Positions 1 to 9,513 of a stretch of DNA of 40,929 nucleotides are shown one piece after another. Numbering within the stretch: position 1 is the stretch's first letter; each line of letters opens with the position of its first letter. A program made the translations under genes and the position numbers. The DNA is from Patescibacteria group bacterium (GTDB lineage Bacteria; Patescibacteriota; Minisyncoccia; JAHIHE01; JAGLIN01): assembly GCA_034660995.1 (NCBI GenBank), contig JAYEKL010000063.1:5449-46377 (forward strand). Reading direction: 5' to 3'. The notes beneath the pieces were generated by a model. That model was not told the DNA's origin. It worked only from the letters and a program-made list of their open reading frames with translations, and did no database searches.

Positions 1-30
1 AACATTGATTCAAATGTTTGTTTTTATGTA

Positions 31-301
31 AGTCACAACTATACTAGAAATAAGAAAGGTTTCGGTGAGATTTAAGTAGTCTACGGATCTCTCCATTTCG
101 TTATCACTCCAGTCGAGATGACAGCTACACATTCCTTCGAGATGACAAGTTTGTTTTATTTTCATTCCAAGTATAGTTGTCATTTCGAATCCCGATAGGG
201 TGAGAAATCTGTAAGCGGATGAAATGTATTTTTTTAAAACAGGTATAGTGTGTTTTCAGATCTCTCCATTTCGTTATCACTCCAGTCGAGATGACAGCTA
301 T
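31..301 (+). repeat. Family-B composite hairpin-repeat cluster, copy B1 (possibly truncated by window start)
   Basis: Two identical units gatctctccatttcgttatcactccagtcgagatgaca (86-123, 259-296) plus an opposed unit tgtcatttcgaatcccgatagggtgagaaatctgtaagcgga (178-219). The same unit order and linker sequence recur at 34353-34686 (same orientation) and 24653-24962 (reverse complement). Confidence 0.85.
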
Positions 302-310
302 CAAAATTTT

Positions 311-1582
311 TTACGTTCCTTCTTGCCAGCTTTCTAGATAATTTTTTTGCGCTTCGGTAAGTTTGTCAATTTTAATATCCATTGATCTAAGTTTTAAATT
401 CGCGACCACATTTTCAATTTCTTCACTAACGTTGTAAACTTTTGGTTCAAGTGTTGCTTTATTTTTAGCTACCCATTCTCCTGCAAGAGCTTGTGTTGCA
501 AAACTCATATCCATAACAGAAGCAGGATGTCCTTCAGCAGCTGAAAGGTTAATAAGTCTTCCTTCAGCTAGAACAAATATTCTTTTTTTTATTCCGTCTT
601 TATTTTTTAGGCTATATTCATCAACGAAGTTTCTGATATTTTTTGTTACATTTTCTGATATTTTTTCAAGACTTTTTAAATTTATTTCACAATCAAAGTG
701 ACCTGAATTGCAAATAGATACTCCATCTTTCATAACTTTAAAATGTTGTTCGTCTATAACATTTATATCGCCTGTAATCGTGCAAAATAAATCTCCTTTT
801 TTAGCAGCTTCAATCATTGGAGAAACTTCGAATCCGTCCATTGCTGCTTCAAGAGCCTTGATTGGATCTATTTCTGTTACAATAACTTTTGCTCCTATTC
901 CTCTTGCTCGGTCTGCAAATCCGCGTCCGCACCAGCCATAGCCGGCGACAACTACATTTTTTCCAGCAATCAACATATCAGTTGCTCTGATTATTCCATC
1001 TAGTGTTGATTGTCCAGTTCCATAACGATTGTCAAACATATTTTTTGTTTTAGCATCGTTAACTGCGACAATTGGAATTTTTAAGGCGCCGTCTTTTTCC
1101 ATTGCTCGAAGACGGATTACGCCAGTTGTTGTTTCTTCCATGCTACCGATAATTTGTTTTATAAGTTCAGGATGTTCTTTATGAACTGTAGAAATTAAAT
1201 CTGCTCCGTCGTCCATCGTTATATTAGGGCTATGAGCTATAACTGCTTTTAAATGTTTATAAAAAGTATTTGTGTCTTCTCCTTTAATGGCAAAAACAGA
1301 AATACCATAATTTTCAACTAAACTTGCCACTACATCATCTTGAGTAGAGAGGGGATTGGAAGCGCATAATGCGACATCTGCTCCTCCTTCTTTTAGGGTT
1401 CTAGCTAAATTTGCAGTTTCTGCAGTCATATGAAGACAAGCTGACATTTTTAGTCCTTCAAATGGTTTTTCTTTTGCAAATCTTTCACGAACTTGAGTTA
1501 AAACAGGCATATCGTTACTTGCCCACTCAATTCTTTTTTTGCCCGCTTGAGCAAGATTTTTATCTTTGATGTCACATTCCAT
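311..1582 (-). CDS. ahcY: Adenosylhomocysteinase (SAH hydrolase)
   Basis: 423-aa ORF. Family hallmarks read directly: N-terminal [26 protein letters not shown]-binding [13 protein letters not shown]-terminal [11 protein letters not shown]. Confidence 0.95.
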   Translation of the reverse strand: MECDIKDKNLAQAGKKRIEWASNDMPVLTQVRERFAKEKPFEGLKMSACLHMTAETANLARTLKEGGADVALCASNPLSTQDDVVASLVENYGISVFAIKGEDTNTFYKHLKAVIAHSPNITMDDGADLISTVHKEHPELIKQIIGSMEETTTGVIRLRAMEKDGALKIPIVAVNDAKTKNMFDNRYGTGQSTLDGIIRATDMLIAGKNVVVAGYGWCGRGFADRARGIGAKVIVTEIDPIKALEAAMDGFEVSPMIEAAKKGDLFCTITGDINVIDEQHFKVMKDGVSICNSGHFDCEINLKSLEKISENVTKNIRNFVDEYSLKNKDGIKKRIFVLAEGRLINLSAAEGHPASVMDMSFATQALAGEWVAKNKATLEPKVYNVSEEIENVVANLKLRSMDIKIDKLTEAQKNYLESWQEGT

Positions 1583-1634
1583 AATTTTTAATTAAGTTAG
1601 TTGTTTATACTTATTAAACCTCTTACAATACTAA

Positions 1635-2570
1635 TTATGCAAGAGATTTGTTAAAATTTTCTTCGTATCTTTTTTTAGTCTGATTAAAGTCAAATTTATG
1701 GTTTTGAGTTCCATGATTTTCAATTGCATAACAGGAAATAACCCCAGCAAATTCACCAGTAGTTTGGAGTGGCCAATCGTTTATAATTCCTTTTATAAGT
1801 CCTGCTCGATACGCGTCTCCCGCGCCTGTCGGGTCGGTTATACTTTTTGGTTTTGCTGGTTTTATTTTTAAAGTTTCATTTTTTGTTTTTATAATAGACC
1901 CTTGTTCTCCTAAAGTTGTTACTAAAATTTCAACTTTATTGATAATATCTTCTTCACTGTAACCTGTTTTTTTTAAAACCATACTTAGTTCATAGTCATT
2001 AGAAACAAAGATTTTCGCATTCTCAATACAATATTTTAAGTCGGTAGCGTCTAAAACTGGTATTTGTTGTCCAGGATCAAAAATATAAGGTATCTTATGT
2101 TTAGTATAAAATTTTGAAAAATAAATCATATCTTCCATAAGTCCTGGAGCTACTATCGCAAATGAATCTTTAAATTCATTTTTATATTTAACAGTTGATG
2201 AATTTAACATAGCTCCTGGGCAAAAAGCAGAAATTTGGTTATCTGTTTTATCTGTAATTATTGTTGCTAATGCTGTTCTGTCGTTATCAATAGAAGTTAA
2301 ATTATTTAAATCAATTTTGTGTTTTAGAAGCCATTCTTTGTATGGGGTAAAATCATTTCCAATAGCAGAGAATACGGTGGATCTTTCGTCTAAGAGCGCT
2401 AAATTATATGCAATATTACCTGCTGTTCCACCAAAATTTTCATTAACTTTTTCAATAAAAAAACTGACATTAATATTATGAATTTTATTTGGCAGAATAT
2501 GGTCTTTAAAATATCCTGGGAAATTCATTATTTTGTCATAAGCGATAGATCCTGACACTAAAATTTTCAT
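1635..2570 (-). CDS. PfkB/ribokinase-family sugar or nucleoside kinase (adenosine-kinase-like by context)
   Basis: 311-aa ORF with GGTAGNIA (di-Gly) and DPTGAGDAYRAG (PfkB signature 2). It lies 52 nt upstream of ahcY on the same strand; substrate is inferred from that pairing only. Confidence 0.8.
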   Translation of the reverse strand: MKILVSGSIAYDKIMNFPGYFKDHILPNKIHNINVSFFIEKVNENFGGTAGNIAYNLALLDERSTVFSAIGNDFTPYKEWLLKHKIDLNNLTSIDNDRTALATIITDKTDNQISAFCPGAMLNSSTVKYKNEFKDSFAIVAPGLMEDMIYFSKFYTKHKIPYIFDPGQQIPVLDATDLKYCIENAKIFVSNDYELSMVLKKTGYSEEDIINKVEILVTTLGEQGSIIKTKNETLKIKPAKPKSITDPTGAGDAYRAGLIKGIINDWPLQTTGEFAGVISCYAIENHGTQNHKFDFNQTKKRYEENFNKSLA

Positions 2571-2586
2571 AAATTATTCTAATTAT

Positions 2587-2663
2587 ATTATTCGACTTTA
2601 TGGAGAACTATGCGCGAATATAGTCTCTCTGCGCACAACTTCTCCACAAGGTCGAAGAATATT
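2587..2663 (-). repeat. Family-D core element, copy D1 (reverse orientation)
   Basis: The reverse complement reads aatattcttcgaccttgtggagaagttgtgcgcagagagactatattcgcgcatagttctccataaagtcgaataat. Arms ttcgaccttgtggagaa / ttctccataaagtcgaa pair, as does an inner stem tgcgc/gcgca. It ends 17 nt upstream of the kinase start codon, in sense with it. Confidence 0.8.
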
Positions 2664-2769
2664 ATGGGTCAAAGAATATTTAGTAAGAATATAATTTGAA
2701 AAGCGTAGGAGTATAACAATATTTCAATAATAACAATTAAAATTTTCATTGTCAATTTCAATTTAATCT

Positions 2770-2798
2770 TTGACAGAGTGTTTATTTCATTGTAATAT
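2770..2798 (+). promoter_or_regulatory. Putative sigma70-type promoter for tRNA-Tyr
   Basis: TTGACA (2770-2775), 17-nt spacer, TAATAT (2793-2798), about 30 nt upstream of the tRNA 5' end. Confidence 0.45.
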
Positions 2799-2828
2799 AT
2801 CTAAGTATAGAGAAAGTGAAAGTAATTT

Positions 2829-2910
2829 GGGTAGGTACCAAAGCGGTCAAATGGAACTGGCTGTAAACCAGTTGGCTCTGCCTTCGGGGGTTCGAATCCC
2901 TCCCTGCCCA
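2829..2910 (+). tRNA. tRNA-Tyr (anticodon GTA), class II with long variable arm, CCA not encoded
   Basis: The cloverleaf is readable. Acceptor GGGTAGG/CCTGCCC has one G-T pair. D stem is 3 bp (CCA/TGG). Anticodon stem ACTGG/CCAGT carries loop CTGTAAA. Variable arm is GGC-TCT-GCC. T arm is GGGGG-TTCGAAT-CCCTC. Discriminator is A. Confidence 0.85.
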
Positions 2911-2915
2911 CAGAC

Positions 2916-2954
2916 AGTATTAAGCATTTAGTATTGAGTATTAAGCCCAATATT
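2916..2954 (+). repeat. Solo family-D terminal arm (7-nt gtattaa-type repeats) abutting tRNA 3' end
   Basis: agtattaagcatttagtattgagtattaagcccaatatt resembles the left terminal arm of D copies (agtattaagtattaagtattaagcatcccacttaatatt). Confidence 0.6.
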
Positions 2955-3013
2955 AAAACATTATAAAAAATATTATTTTATCTTAGTATCTAAACAACAA
3001 ACTGATAATTATA

Positions 3014-3730
3014 ATGGAAAAAAATAAAAATCTACCAACTCACATTGCCATCATTCCTGATGGAAATCGTAGATGGGCAAAAAAGCACAAGTTAGACGCA
3101 TGGCTTGGGCATAAGAAAGGGGCAGAAAGTTTAGATATGCTAGCAGATGTTATAGTTGAATTAAGCATTCCGCATATTTCTTTTTGGGGGTCTTCAATGG
3201 ATAATATAACAAAACGTTCTAAGGCAGAAGTAGAGTTTTTATTGAAAATGTTTAAAAAGAATTTTTTGGAATTATCTAAAAATAAAAAAATTCATGACAA
3301 TGAGATTAAAATTAATATATTTGGAGACTGGAGAGAACAATTTCCAAAGGAGGTTTGTTCGTCATTGAATACGGCAATAGATTCTACGAAAAATTATAGT
3401 AAGTTTTTTCTTAATTTTTTTCTTGCTTATAGTGGGACTAATGAGGTTTTAAGCGCTATAAAATGTATTGTAAAAAGAGCAAGGGAAGATATGTCTTTAA
3501 AAATTGATAAAGATCTTTTAAAACATTGTCTTCTAACTAGTGATCTGCCTGCGGTAGATCTAATGATAAGAACAGGAGGAGAACCGCATCTAAGTGATGG
3601 ATTTATGATGTGGGACACCGCCAATGCTCAATTGTATTTTTCTGAAAAACTTTGGCCAGATTTTGATCAGAATGATCTTAAAGAGGCAATAAAAGATTAT
3701 ACAAATAGAAGTAGAAGATTTGGTGGATAA
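3014..3730 (+). CDS. uppS: Undecaprenyl-diphosphate synthase (cis-prenyltransferase)
   Basis: 238 aa with HIAIIPDGNRRWA, IRTGGEPHLSDGFMMW and C-terminal RSRRFGG. Confidence 0.93.
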   Translation: MEKNKNLPTHIAIIPDGNRRWAKKHKLDAWLGHKKGAESLDMLADVIVELSIPHISFWGSSMDNITKRSKAEVEFLLKMFKKNFLELSKNKKIHDNEIKINIFGDWREQFPKEVCSSLNTAIDSTKNYSKFFLNFFLAYSGTNEVLSAIKCIVKRAREDMSLKIDKDLLKHCLLTSDLPAVDLMIRTGGEPHLSDGFMMWDTANAQLYFSEKLWPDFDQNDLKEAIKDYTNRSRRFGG

Positions 3731-3775
3731 GTATGGCGATTTATATAGTAGGTTCTATATTTGATTTATAATATT

Positions 3776-4813
3776 ATGAAAAAAAAGAAATTGTTTTTAG
3801 CTTTTATTATTTTTGTATTTGCACTCGTTTTTATTGTAGTAGGGAGTTATTTTTATATTCAAAATGTTATTGAGAATCCTTATAATATTGAAGACAGCGA
3901 AAAACGAGAATTTATAATTCAAAATGGAGAGAGCGTAGAGCAAATTGCTGTTAATTTAGAGAGAGATGGACTTATAGTTGGAAAAGATTTTTTCAAGATC
4001 TGTGTGTGGGAGAAAAAAATAGCAAGTGATCTTCAAGCTGGAAGCTATGAGTTGTCTCCATCAATGACAATTATGCGGATAACAGATCTTTTTATTGGGG
4101 GAAAAATAAAAGGAAATGAAATTTGGGTCACTATACCAGAAGGATTTTCTAGCGAAGAAATAGATGAGAGACTTGCTGAGAGTGGTCTTATTAACAAAGA
4201 AGAATTTATAAATTTCGATAACAATATCCCACAAGATTTTTTGAATAAATATGAATTTTTAGAAGATGCTAGAGATGGTGAAAGTCTTCAAGGATATTAT
4301 TTTCCTGATACATATAAGTATTATAGTGATTCATCAATAGAAGAAATTGCATCAAAAATGCTTAATAACTTTGATTTAAAATTAACAGATGATTTGAGAG
4401 CAGAGATTAAAAGTCAAAATAGAACTATTTTTGAAGTTATAATTTTAGCAAGTATTATTGAGAAAGAGGTTGGAGATTCCAAAGATATGAAAAATGTATC
4501 TAGTGTTTTTTTGAATAGATTAGAAATTGGGCAAGCGCTTGAATCTGATGCTACTATAAATTATGTAACAAAAACAGGTAGGGCACGGTCAACTTATGAA
4601 GATTTAGAAATTGAATCACCTTATAACACATATAAATATACTGGTTTTACCCCTACGCCAATCTCAAACCCAGGATTAGAAGCGATTAAGGCGGCAATAA
4701 GTCCAGAAAAAACTGATTATTTTTATTTTCTTACAAAGGAAGATGGTGGTGCGATTTTTAGCAAGACCTATCAGGAGCATTTAAAAAATAAATATAAATA
4801 TTTAGGACCTTAA
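3776..4813 (+). CDS. mltG: Endolytic murein transglycosylase MltG (YceG-like)
   Basis: N-terminal TM helix (LFLAFIIFVFALVFIVVG), LASIIEKE catalytic-Glu motif and YNTYKYTGFTPTPISNPG. I place the start at ATG 3776 (MKKKK) rather than the TTG at 3761 used by the ORF track. Confidence 0.85.
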   Translation: MKKKKLFLAFIIFVFALVFIVVGSYFYIQNVIENPYNIEDSEKREFIIQNGESVEQIAVNLERDGLIVGKDFFKICVWEKKIASDLQAGSYELSPSMTIMRITDLFIGGKIKGNEIWVTIPEGFSSEEIDERLAESGLINKEEFINFDNNIPQDFLNKYEFLEDARDGESLQGYYFPDTYKYYSDSSIEEIASKMLNNFDLKLTDDLRAEIKSQNRTIFEVIILASIIEKEVGDSKDMKNVSSVFLNRLEIGQALESDATINYVTKTGRARSTYEDLEIESPYNTYKYTGFTPTPISNPGLEAIKAAISPEKTDYFYFLTKEDGGAIFSKTYQEHLKNKYKYLGP

Positions 4814-4860
4814 TGTTTATTCATAAGAGTTTATTATAATAATTATTAATTACAAATATT

Positions 4861-5424
4861 ATGCTTAAAGAAAAAAGACTAAGTCAAAAAAAAGTTTTAT
4901 TTATAGTTGGAAGTAAAAATTTTAGAGATGAAGAATATTTTATTCCATTTGGAATACTACAAAAAGAAGGCGCAACAATTATCACTGCTAGTTCAGTAAA
5001 AGGTGGAGTGATTGGCATTGAGGGAGGAGAAGCTAGATCAACGCTAACGCTAGAAGAGGTAGTTGTGAAAAATTTTGATGTAATCATTTTTGTTGGTGGA
5101 GACGGAGCTAATGAATACTTTGAAAATAATGAGGCTCATAAGATTATAGGAAAAGCAGTAGTAAAGCGCAAAGTTTTAGCTGCGATATGTATTGCTCCAG
5201 TAATTTTGGCAAAAGCAGGAATTCTTAGAGGCAAAAAGGCTACAGTATGGTCAAGTCTTATGAATAAAAGTGGAGCAGAAGCATTGAAAGAAGCTGGATG
5301 TACTGTAGAGGAAAAAAGAGTTGTTGTTGACGGTAGAATTGTTACGGCTGACGGTCCAGCAGTTGCTAAAGAATTTACAGAAGCTATAATTGAAACTCTT
5401 TTAAAGAAAAATGAGGAGGAATAG
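4861..5424 (+). CDS. DJ-1/PfpI family protein
   Basis: 187 aa. Nucleophile-elbow motif LAAICIAPVILAKAG and VIIFVGGDGA are typical of the class I glutamine-amidotransferase-like DJ-1/PfpI fold. Confidence 0.85.
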   Translation: MLKEKRLSQKKVLFIVGSKNFRDEEYFIPFGILQKEGATIITASSVKGGVIGIEGGEARSTLTLEEVVVKNFDVIIFVGGDGANEYFENNEAHKIIGKAVVKRKVLAAICIAPVILAKAGILRGKKATVWSSLMNKSGAEALKEAGCTVEEKRVVVDGRIVTADGPAVAKEFTEAIIETLLKKNEEE

Positions 5425-5433
5425 GTAAGTTAG

Positions 5434-5589
5434 GTATTAAGTATATAGTATTAAGTATTAAGTATATGGTATTAAGTATTAAGCATCCCACTTAATATTT
5501 TTCGATTTACAATATTCTTCAACCTTGTGGAGAAGTTGTACGCATAGAAGTTATTATATGCAAAAGTTCTCCATAAAGTCGAACAATAT
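5434..5589 (+). repeat. Family-D element, copy D2 (left 7-mer arm + core)
   Basis: (gtattaa)n arm ending in hairpin tattaag-catccca-cttaata, followed by the core ttcaaccttgtggagaagttgtacgcatagaagttattatatgcaaaagttctccataaagtcgaacaatat. Confidence 0.8.
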
Positions 5590-5656
5590 AAATTGAATGT
5601 AGCAGACTATATATGTTAAAATGTTAGTATGTTAAAATGACTAGGGGATTGACCCC

Positions 5657-5750
5657 GTTACAAATTTTACATTACTGTTTCGTTGATATTAACTATCCTA
5701 TTCGCTTGGGATAATTAATTTCCATTATACTTTCTTGTAAAATTTGGAAC
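5657..5750. repeat. Single-copy nested inverted repeat (two-level stem-loop) just upstream of rplJ promoter
   Basis: Outer arms gttacaaattttaca (5657-5671) / tgtaaaatttggaac (5736-5750) match 14 of 15. Inner arms attaactatcc (5688-5698) / ggataattaat (5709-5719) match 10 of 11. It is preceded by hairpin gggg-attga-cccc (5644-5656). Confidence 0.5.
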
Positions 5751-5754
5751 GTGG

Positions 5755-5782
5755 TTGACACAATCTTGATTGTGTATATAAT
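5755..5782 (+). promoter_or_regulatory. Putative sigma70-type promoter of rplJ-rplL
   Basis: TTGACA (5755-5760), 16-nt spacer, TATAAT (5777-5782). Confidence 0.55.
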
Positions 5783-5796
5783 ATAGTTAAGTTATT

Positions 5797-5869
5797 CACA
5801 GACAGTAGGCAATCATTAAGTCCTGCCGAGAATAAATCAAATGTATTTGATTTGCTGTTGTCTGTGAGA
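5797..5869 (+). promoter_or_regulatory. Candidate L10 (rplJ) autoregulatory leader structure
   Basis: Located between the promoter and rplJ. Outer stem tcacagaca/tgtctgtga (5797-5805 / 5861-5869) encloses ggca...tgcc and a perfect 9-bp hairpin aaatcaaat-gt-atttgattt. Position and multi-stem shape fit an r-protein leader; homology was not verified. Confidence 0.4.
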
Positions 5870-5900
5870 TTGCAGTTTTTTTATTTTTAAAAACATATTT

Positions 5901-6425
5901 ATGTCAATTACAAAACAAGATAAAGAAAAAATAGTTAAAAATCTTAGTGATAAGTTTTCAAAAGCTAAATCTATTATTTTTTTGGGATTTAAAGGATTAA
6001 CAGTTAAAGAGGATAATGAGTTAAGAAATAAGCTTAGAGGTGAAGATATTGATTATAAGGTTGCCAGAAAAACCTTAATTAAAAGAGGTCTAAAGGATGT
6101 AAATATTGAAGGTGCTGAGGATTTGGAGTTAGAAGGTCCAATTAGTATGGCTGTTTCTTACGATGATGAAGTGGCTCCAGCAAGATTAGCTAATGAATAT
6201 GCTAAAACAAATAAAAAGTTAAAATTGCTTGGAGGATATGTTTCAAATAAATATTTAGATGTGGTGGAAATAAAGGCTTTATCGCTTTTGCAGGGAAAGG
6301 ATCAATTGAGGGCTCAATTAGTAGGAACAATAAATGCTCCTGTGTCTGGTTTTGTAAATGTTCTAGCTGGCAATATTCGTGGATTAGTTAATGTCCTAAA
6401 AGCAATTGAGGATAATAAAAAATAA
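5901..6425 (+). CDS. rplJ: 50S ribosomal protein L10
   Basis: 174 aa with an L10-like pattern (KVARKTLIKRGL, LLGGYV), immediately upstream of rplL as is universal in bacteria. Confidence 0.9.
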   Translation: MSITKQDKEKIVKNLSDKFSKAKSIIFLGFKGLTVKEDNELRNKLRGEDIDYKVARKTLIKRGLKDVNIEGAEDLELEGPISMAVSYDDEVAPARLANEYAKTNKKLKLLGGYVSNKYLDVVEIKALSLLQGKDQLRAQLVGTINAPVSGFVNVLAGNIRGLVNVLKAIEDNKK

Positions 6426-6469
6426 TAATTTATTAATAAATTTTAATTTTAAAAGAAAGGAAAATAGTT

Positions 6470-6928
6470 ATGTCAGATGAAAAAAAAGAAGTTGAAGCTA
6501 AAGAAGAGAAAGAAGTTTCAACAGAAGATAAAAAAGAAGTAGAAGTTCCTAAAAAGTTTCAAGATTTAGTAAAGCAGATTGAAGAACTTAGCGTTCTTGA
6601 ACTTTCTGAGCTTGTTAGCGTTCTTGAAGATAAATTTGGAGTTTCTGCTGCAGCTCCCGCCATGATGGCTGCAATGCCACAGGCTGGTGGCGCGGGAGAA
6701 GCTGAAGAAGAAGAAAAATCAGAATTTGATGTAGAGCTTGTCGCTCCTGGGGACGCAAAAATTGCTATCATCAAAATTGTTAGAGAAGTAACTGGAAAAG
6801 GATTAAAAGATGCAAAGGATATTGTTGATGCTGCTCCTGTAGTTGTTAAAGAAAAAGCTCCAACAGCTGAAGCTGAAGAATTAAAGAAAAAATTAGAAGA
6901 TGCTGGAGCAACAGTAAATCTAAAGTAA
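6470..6928 (+). CDS. rplL: 50S ribosomal protein L7/L12 with Lys/Glu-rich N-terminal extension
   Basis: Canonical dimerisation helix (LVKQIEELSVLELSELVSVLEDKFGV), Ala-rich hinge and C-terminal domain (IAIIKIVREVTGKGLKDAKDIVD...LEDAGATVNLK). About 27 extra N-terminal residues (MSDEKKEVEAKEEKEVSTEDKKEVEVP). Confidence 0.93.
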   Translation: MSDEKKEVEAKEEKEVSTEDKKEVEVPKKFQDLVKQIEELSVLELSELVSVLEDKFGVSAAAPAMMAAMPQAGGAGEAEEEEKSEFDVELVAPGDAKIAIIKIVREVTGKGLKDAKDIVDAAPVVVKEKAPTAEAEELKKKLEDAGATVNLK

Positions 6929-6951
6929 GCTCATTTGTATTTTAGAGATAT

Positions 6952-6984
6952 AAAAACAAGGGATTAAACCTCCCTTGTTTTTTG
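6952..6984 (+). terminator. Rho-independent terminator after rplL
   Basis: Stem acaaggga/tcccttgt (6956-6963 / 6971-6978), 7-nt loop, followed by a T run. Confidence 0.75.
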
Positions 6985-6990
6985 TGATTT

Positions 6991-7088
6991 TAGGTATGGC
7001 CTTTTCTTATAATTCCCCTCTAGAGAGGGGGTTGGGGGTGTGTTAAAAAGCTTGTTACACACCCCTTACCCCTCTCAAGAGGGGAATA
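6991..7088 (+). repeat. Family-A GC-rich triple-hairpin element, copy A1
   Basis: ttttcttataattcccctctagagagggggttgggggtgtgttaaaaagcttgttacacaccccttacccctctcaagaggggaata. Hairpins are cccctct/agagggg, ggggtgtgt/acacacccc and cccctc/gagggg. Termini are inverted (aattcccctctagagagggg vs cccctctcaagaggggaata). Confidence 0.85.
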
Positions 7089-7143
7089 GTCTCCTGGATG
7101 GCCATCTGGATATTGCTGTTTTGTATAAGGTCACATTTATTAT

Positions 7144-9450
7144 TTAAATCTCAATTTCAACTTCAAAAATTTTATCTCCATTTAATATATAAATCTTTTT
7201 ATTTTTTTCATCTACAATGATGTTTTTTAGATTATCAAACTTATTGCTAATGTATTGTCCTAATAGTTCTCCGCTTATCTTGTTAAAAAGTACGATTCTG
7301 TTTTTGGCTGAATCTGTAATATAAAGATATTCAAATTCTGGTTTGGTGTAAATTTCTGATGAGCTAGAGATTAATTCGCTTGGACTTTCTGTTGAAAATC
7401 CTATTACTTTTCTGCCACGATTAAACTTATCAATTAATCCATTTGAATTTAAAAGATAAATAGATCCGTCAATTGCCATTGATATAACATCTTCAATATT
7501 TTCATTTTCTTTTTCAAACCAGGTTTTTCCTGATGCAAAACTATTTGTTAGTTTTTTGTATTTGTAAATTTGGTTTGAATCTAATAGATATAGAAAATTA
7601 CTATAAGCGCTTAAATCTTTTAGTTTAGATATGTTTTCTGGAAGTTCTATCTCTATAGTTGAAAATGTTTCTTTGCTAATATCAAATATTCCCATTTTGT
7701 TAGAGTCTGTGGCGAATATAATTTCTTTGGTTTTTTCCATTGAAGTTGAAGCACTGCTTAGGTTTGCATTATCTTTAATTTTAATTTTAAAATCGGTTAT
7801 ATCTTTTTTAGTAAAGCTTATTCCGTTTAATGTTCCATTTTTTGAGTCAAATACAAAATACTTTTTGTTATCTTTAAATATTTTTTTAGGATCTTTAATA
7901 TCTTCTATTTGATTAAAATCAATTATTACTATTGGGTCTTCTATTCTGCTTACAAGATCAATTATGTCTAATTGTTTTTGGATTTCTTCTAATAAAACAG
8001 AAGCTTTAGCAGACAGTTGTTTATATCTCTCTTTATCGTCTAGTGAGATATTTCTTGTATTTATTATATTTTTTGCTTCAATCAAAGATTTTCTTGCCTC
8101 TGGTTGATTACTTATTGAATCTATTTCTGCTTTTTCTATTTTGTTTTCAGCTTGAATTAATAAACTAGCATAAGCGCTAAATTTTTCATTTTCACTGTCT
8201 GTATAATTTTTGAATATTAATCCTCCTATAAAGACAAATGCAATAAGTACAAATGTGACTAGTATCAATTTTTTTCTATTAGAGGATACCTTTACTTGTT
8301 GTGGAGATTCATCTTCAGATTTTGATTTTCTGACAAATTTAAAAATTGGAAGTATAATTTTATTTTTTATCAAAACAAAAATTTCTTTCAGCTTTTTTAG
8401 TAAATATTCAATTTTAGTTTCAGATTCTTCATCAAGTGAATCCATAAAATTGTTAGTTCTACTTTTTTCGTTTTGATGTTTTTCTTTAAATAATTCTAAA
8501 TTTTTGTCCACTTCTTTTTTTACTTCTATTTTATCCGATGGTTCTTTTTTTTCATACTTATCTATAATATCTTCAAGACTGAGTTTTTCTTTTTTTGTGG
8601 TTGTTTTTGATGGTTGCAGAATTTCTTTTTCAGTTTTATTAAAATTTGCTGGATCTTCAAGTTTTTCTTGTAGGATTGGAATAGCTTCTTTTTCTTCTCT
8701 TTTCTTCTCGACATTTTTTCTTTGTGGTTTTATTTTAATTTGAGTAAGCTTTTCTTCACTTTCTTTTCCAATTTTCATAAGCAATAAGCCCATTGTTTTA
8801 ATATCACTTTCTTTTTCAATGGAATCTTGAATAGTTTTTGCTAAATCTTCAATGGTCAAGGAGAAGGCTAGCTGTTTTAATTTTTCTATTGGAAATATTT
8901 CGAAAAGTTTAGGAGTGGCAAATAAAACAAGATCACCATCTTCTAATTCTCCATTGGCAATGTTAGTAAATGTTTTAAAAGGATGAGGTTTTTCTTCGTT
9001 GGTTATGTTCTTTCCTATGTCGGTAATTTGTTCATCTCTAATAAGGATAGTTTTGATTTTACCTGTTTGACTTATATGAAGTTCATTATTCATATACGCG
9101 CAGTATGTCATATTCAAATTTCCAATCCAATCTACATTTCCTTGTTCAGCAAGTTTGGAAAGTGTTGAATTTACTTTATGCAAGCTTGATTCCAAGCTTT
9201 CCATAGTTGATTTTCCTAAATTAGAGTTGGAATAAAACTCTTTCTTGGCAATTGAAACAAGAAGATTTATAAGATAGGAAGAATTTTCTGAAAAATCTAC
9301 GATTTCTCCAACGATATATAAATTTCCCAATGATTGCTCTTCAATATTTTCGGGTTCATAAATAAATATATCACAAAAAGATTTTCTTTCTTCACTTGAA
9401 AAAACAATTTCTTTCAAGTCTATTTTTATTTTCTTATTTAAACTTGCCAT
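7144..9450 (-). CDS. Large single-pass membrane protein of unknown function
   Basis: 768-aa uninterrupted ORF. It has a central TM helix (LILVTFVLIAFVFIGGLIF), a Lys/Glu-rich linker and an N-terminal domain of about 230 aa. That domain has a faint PP2C/SpoIIE-like pattern (weak). The C-terminal ~350 aa carries repeated beta-strand-like motifs (IYLLNSNG, LYITDSAKNRIVLF, IYILNGDKIFEV) suggesting a propeller. Confidence 0.6.
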   Translation of the reverse strand: MASLNKKIKIDLKEIVFSSEERKSFCDIFIYEPENIEEQSLGNLYIVGEIVDFSENSSYLINLLVSIAKKEFYSNSNLGKSTMESLESSLHKVNSTLSKLAEQGNVDWIGNLNMTYCAYMNNELHISQTGKIKTILIRDEQITDIGKNITNEEKPHPFKTFTNIANGELEDGDLVLFATPKLFEIFPIEKLKQLAFSLTIEDLAKTIQDSIEKESDIKTMGLLLMKIGKESEEKLTQIKIKPQRKNVEKKREEKEAIPILQEKLEDPANFNKTEKEILQPSKTTTKKEKLSLEDIIDKYEKKEPSDKIEVKKEVDKNLELFKEKHQNEKSRTNNFMDSLDEESETKIEYLLKKLKEIFVLIKNKIILPIFKFVRKSKSEDESPQQVKVSSNRKKLILVTFVLIAFVFIGGLIFKNYTDSENEKFSAYASLLIQAENKIEKAEIDSISNQPEARKSLIEAKNIINTRNISLDDKERYKQLSAKASVLLEEIQKQLDIIDLVSRIEDPIVIIDFNQIEDIKDPKKIFKDNKKYFVFDSKNGTLNGISFTKKDITDFKIKIKDNANLSSASTSMEKTKEIIFATDSNKMGIFDISKETFSTIEIELPENISKLKDLSAYSNFLYLLDSNQIYKYKKLTNSFASGKTWFEKENENIEDVISMAIDGSIYLLNSNGLIDKFNRGRKVIGFSTESPSELISSSSEIYTKPEFEYLYITDSAKNRIVLFNKISGELLGQYISNKFDNLKNIIVDEKNKKIYILNGDKIFEVEIEI

Positions 9451-9513
9451 TTTTTATTTTGTTATCACTATTAATGATTCACTTTTTTTATTATAATACT
9501 TTTAGATGTTTTA

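Noticed and set aside
31-301. Possibility that the B-type clusters (also 24653-24962 and 34353-34686) are CRISPR arrays
   Set aside because: Units occur in both orientations within a cluster and spacing is irregular. The 'spacers' (linkers) are themselves conserved between loci, and no cas genes are present.
708-941. Short ORFs nested antisense inside confident CDSs. Examples: 708-941, 3427-3624, 4884-5087, 6559-6774, 7631-9168 set, 11078-11515, 12127-12652, 14923-15126, 16584-16808, 23382-24268, 25706-26388, 27063-27598, 28020-28352, 30683-30892, 31641-31952, 35214-38338 set, 40094-40504.
   Set aside because: All overlap strongly supported genes on the other strand or in another frame. They have low-complexity or hydrophobic composition typical of AT-rich shadow ORFs.
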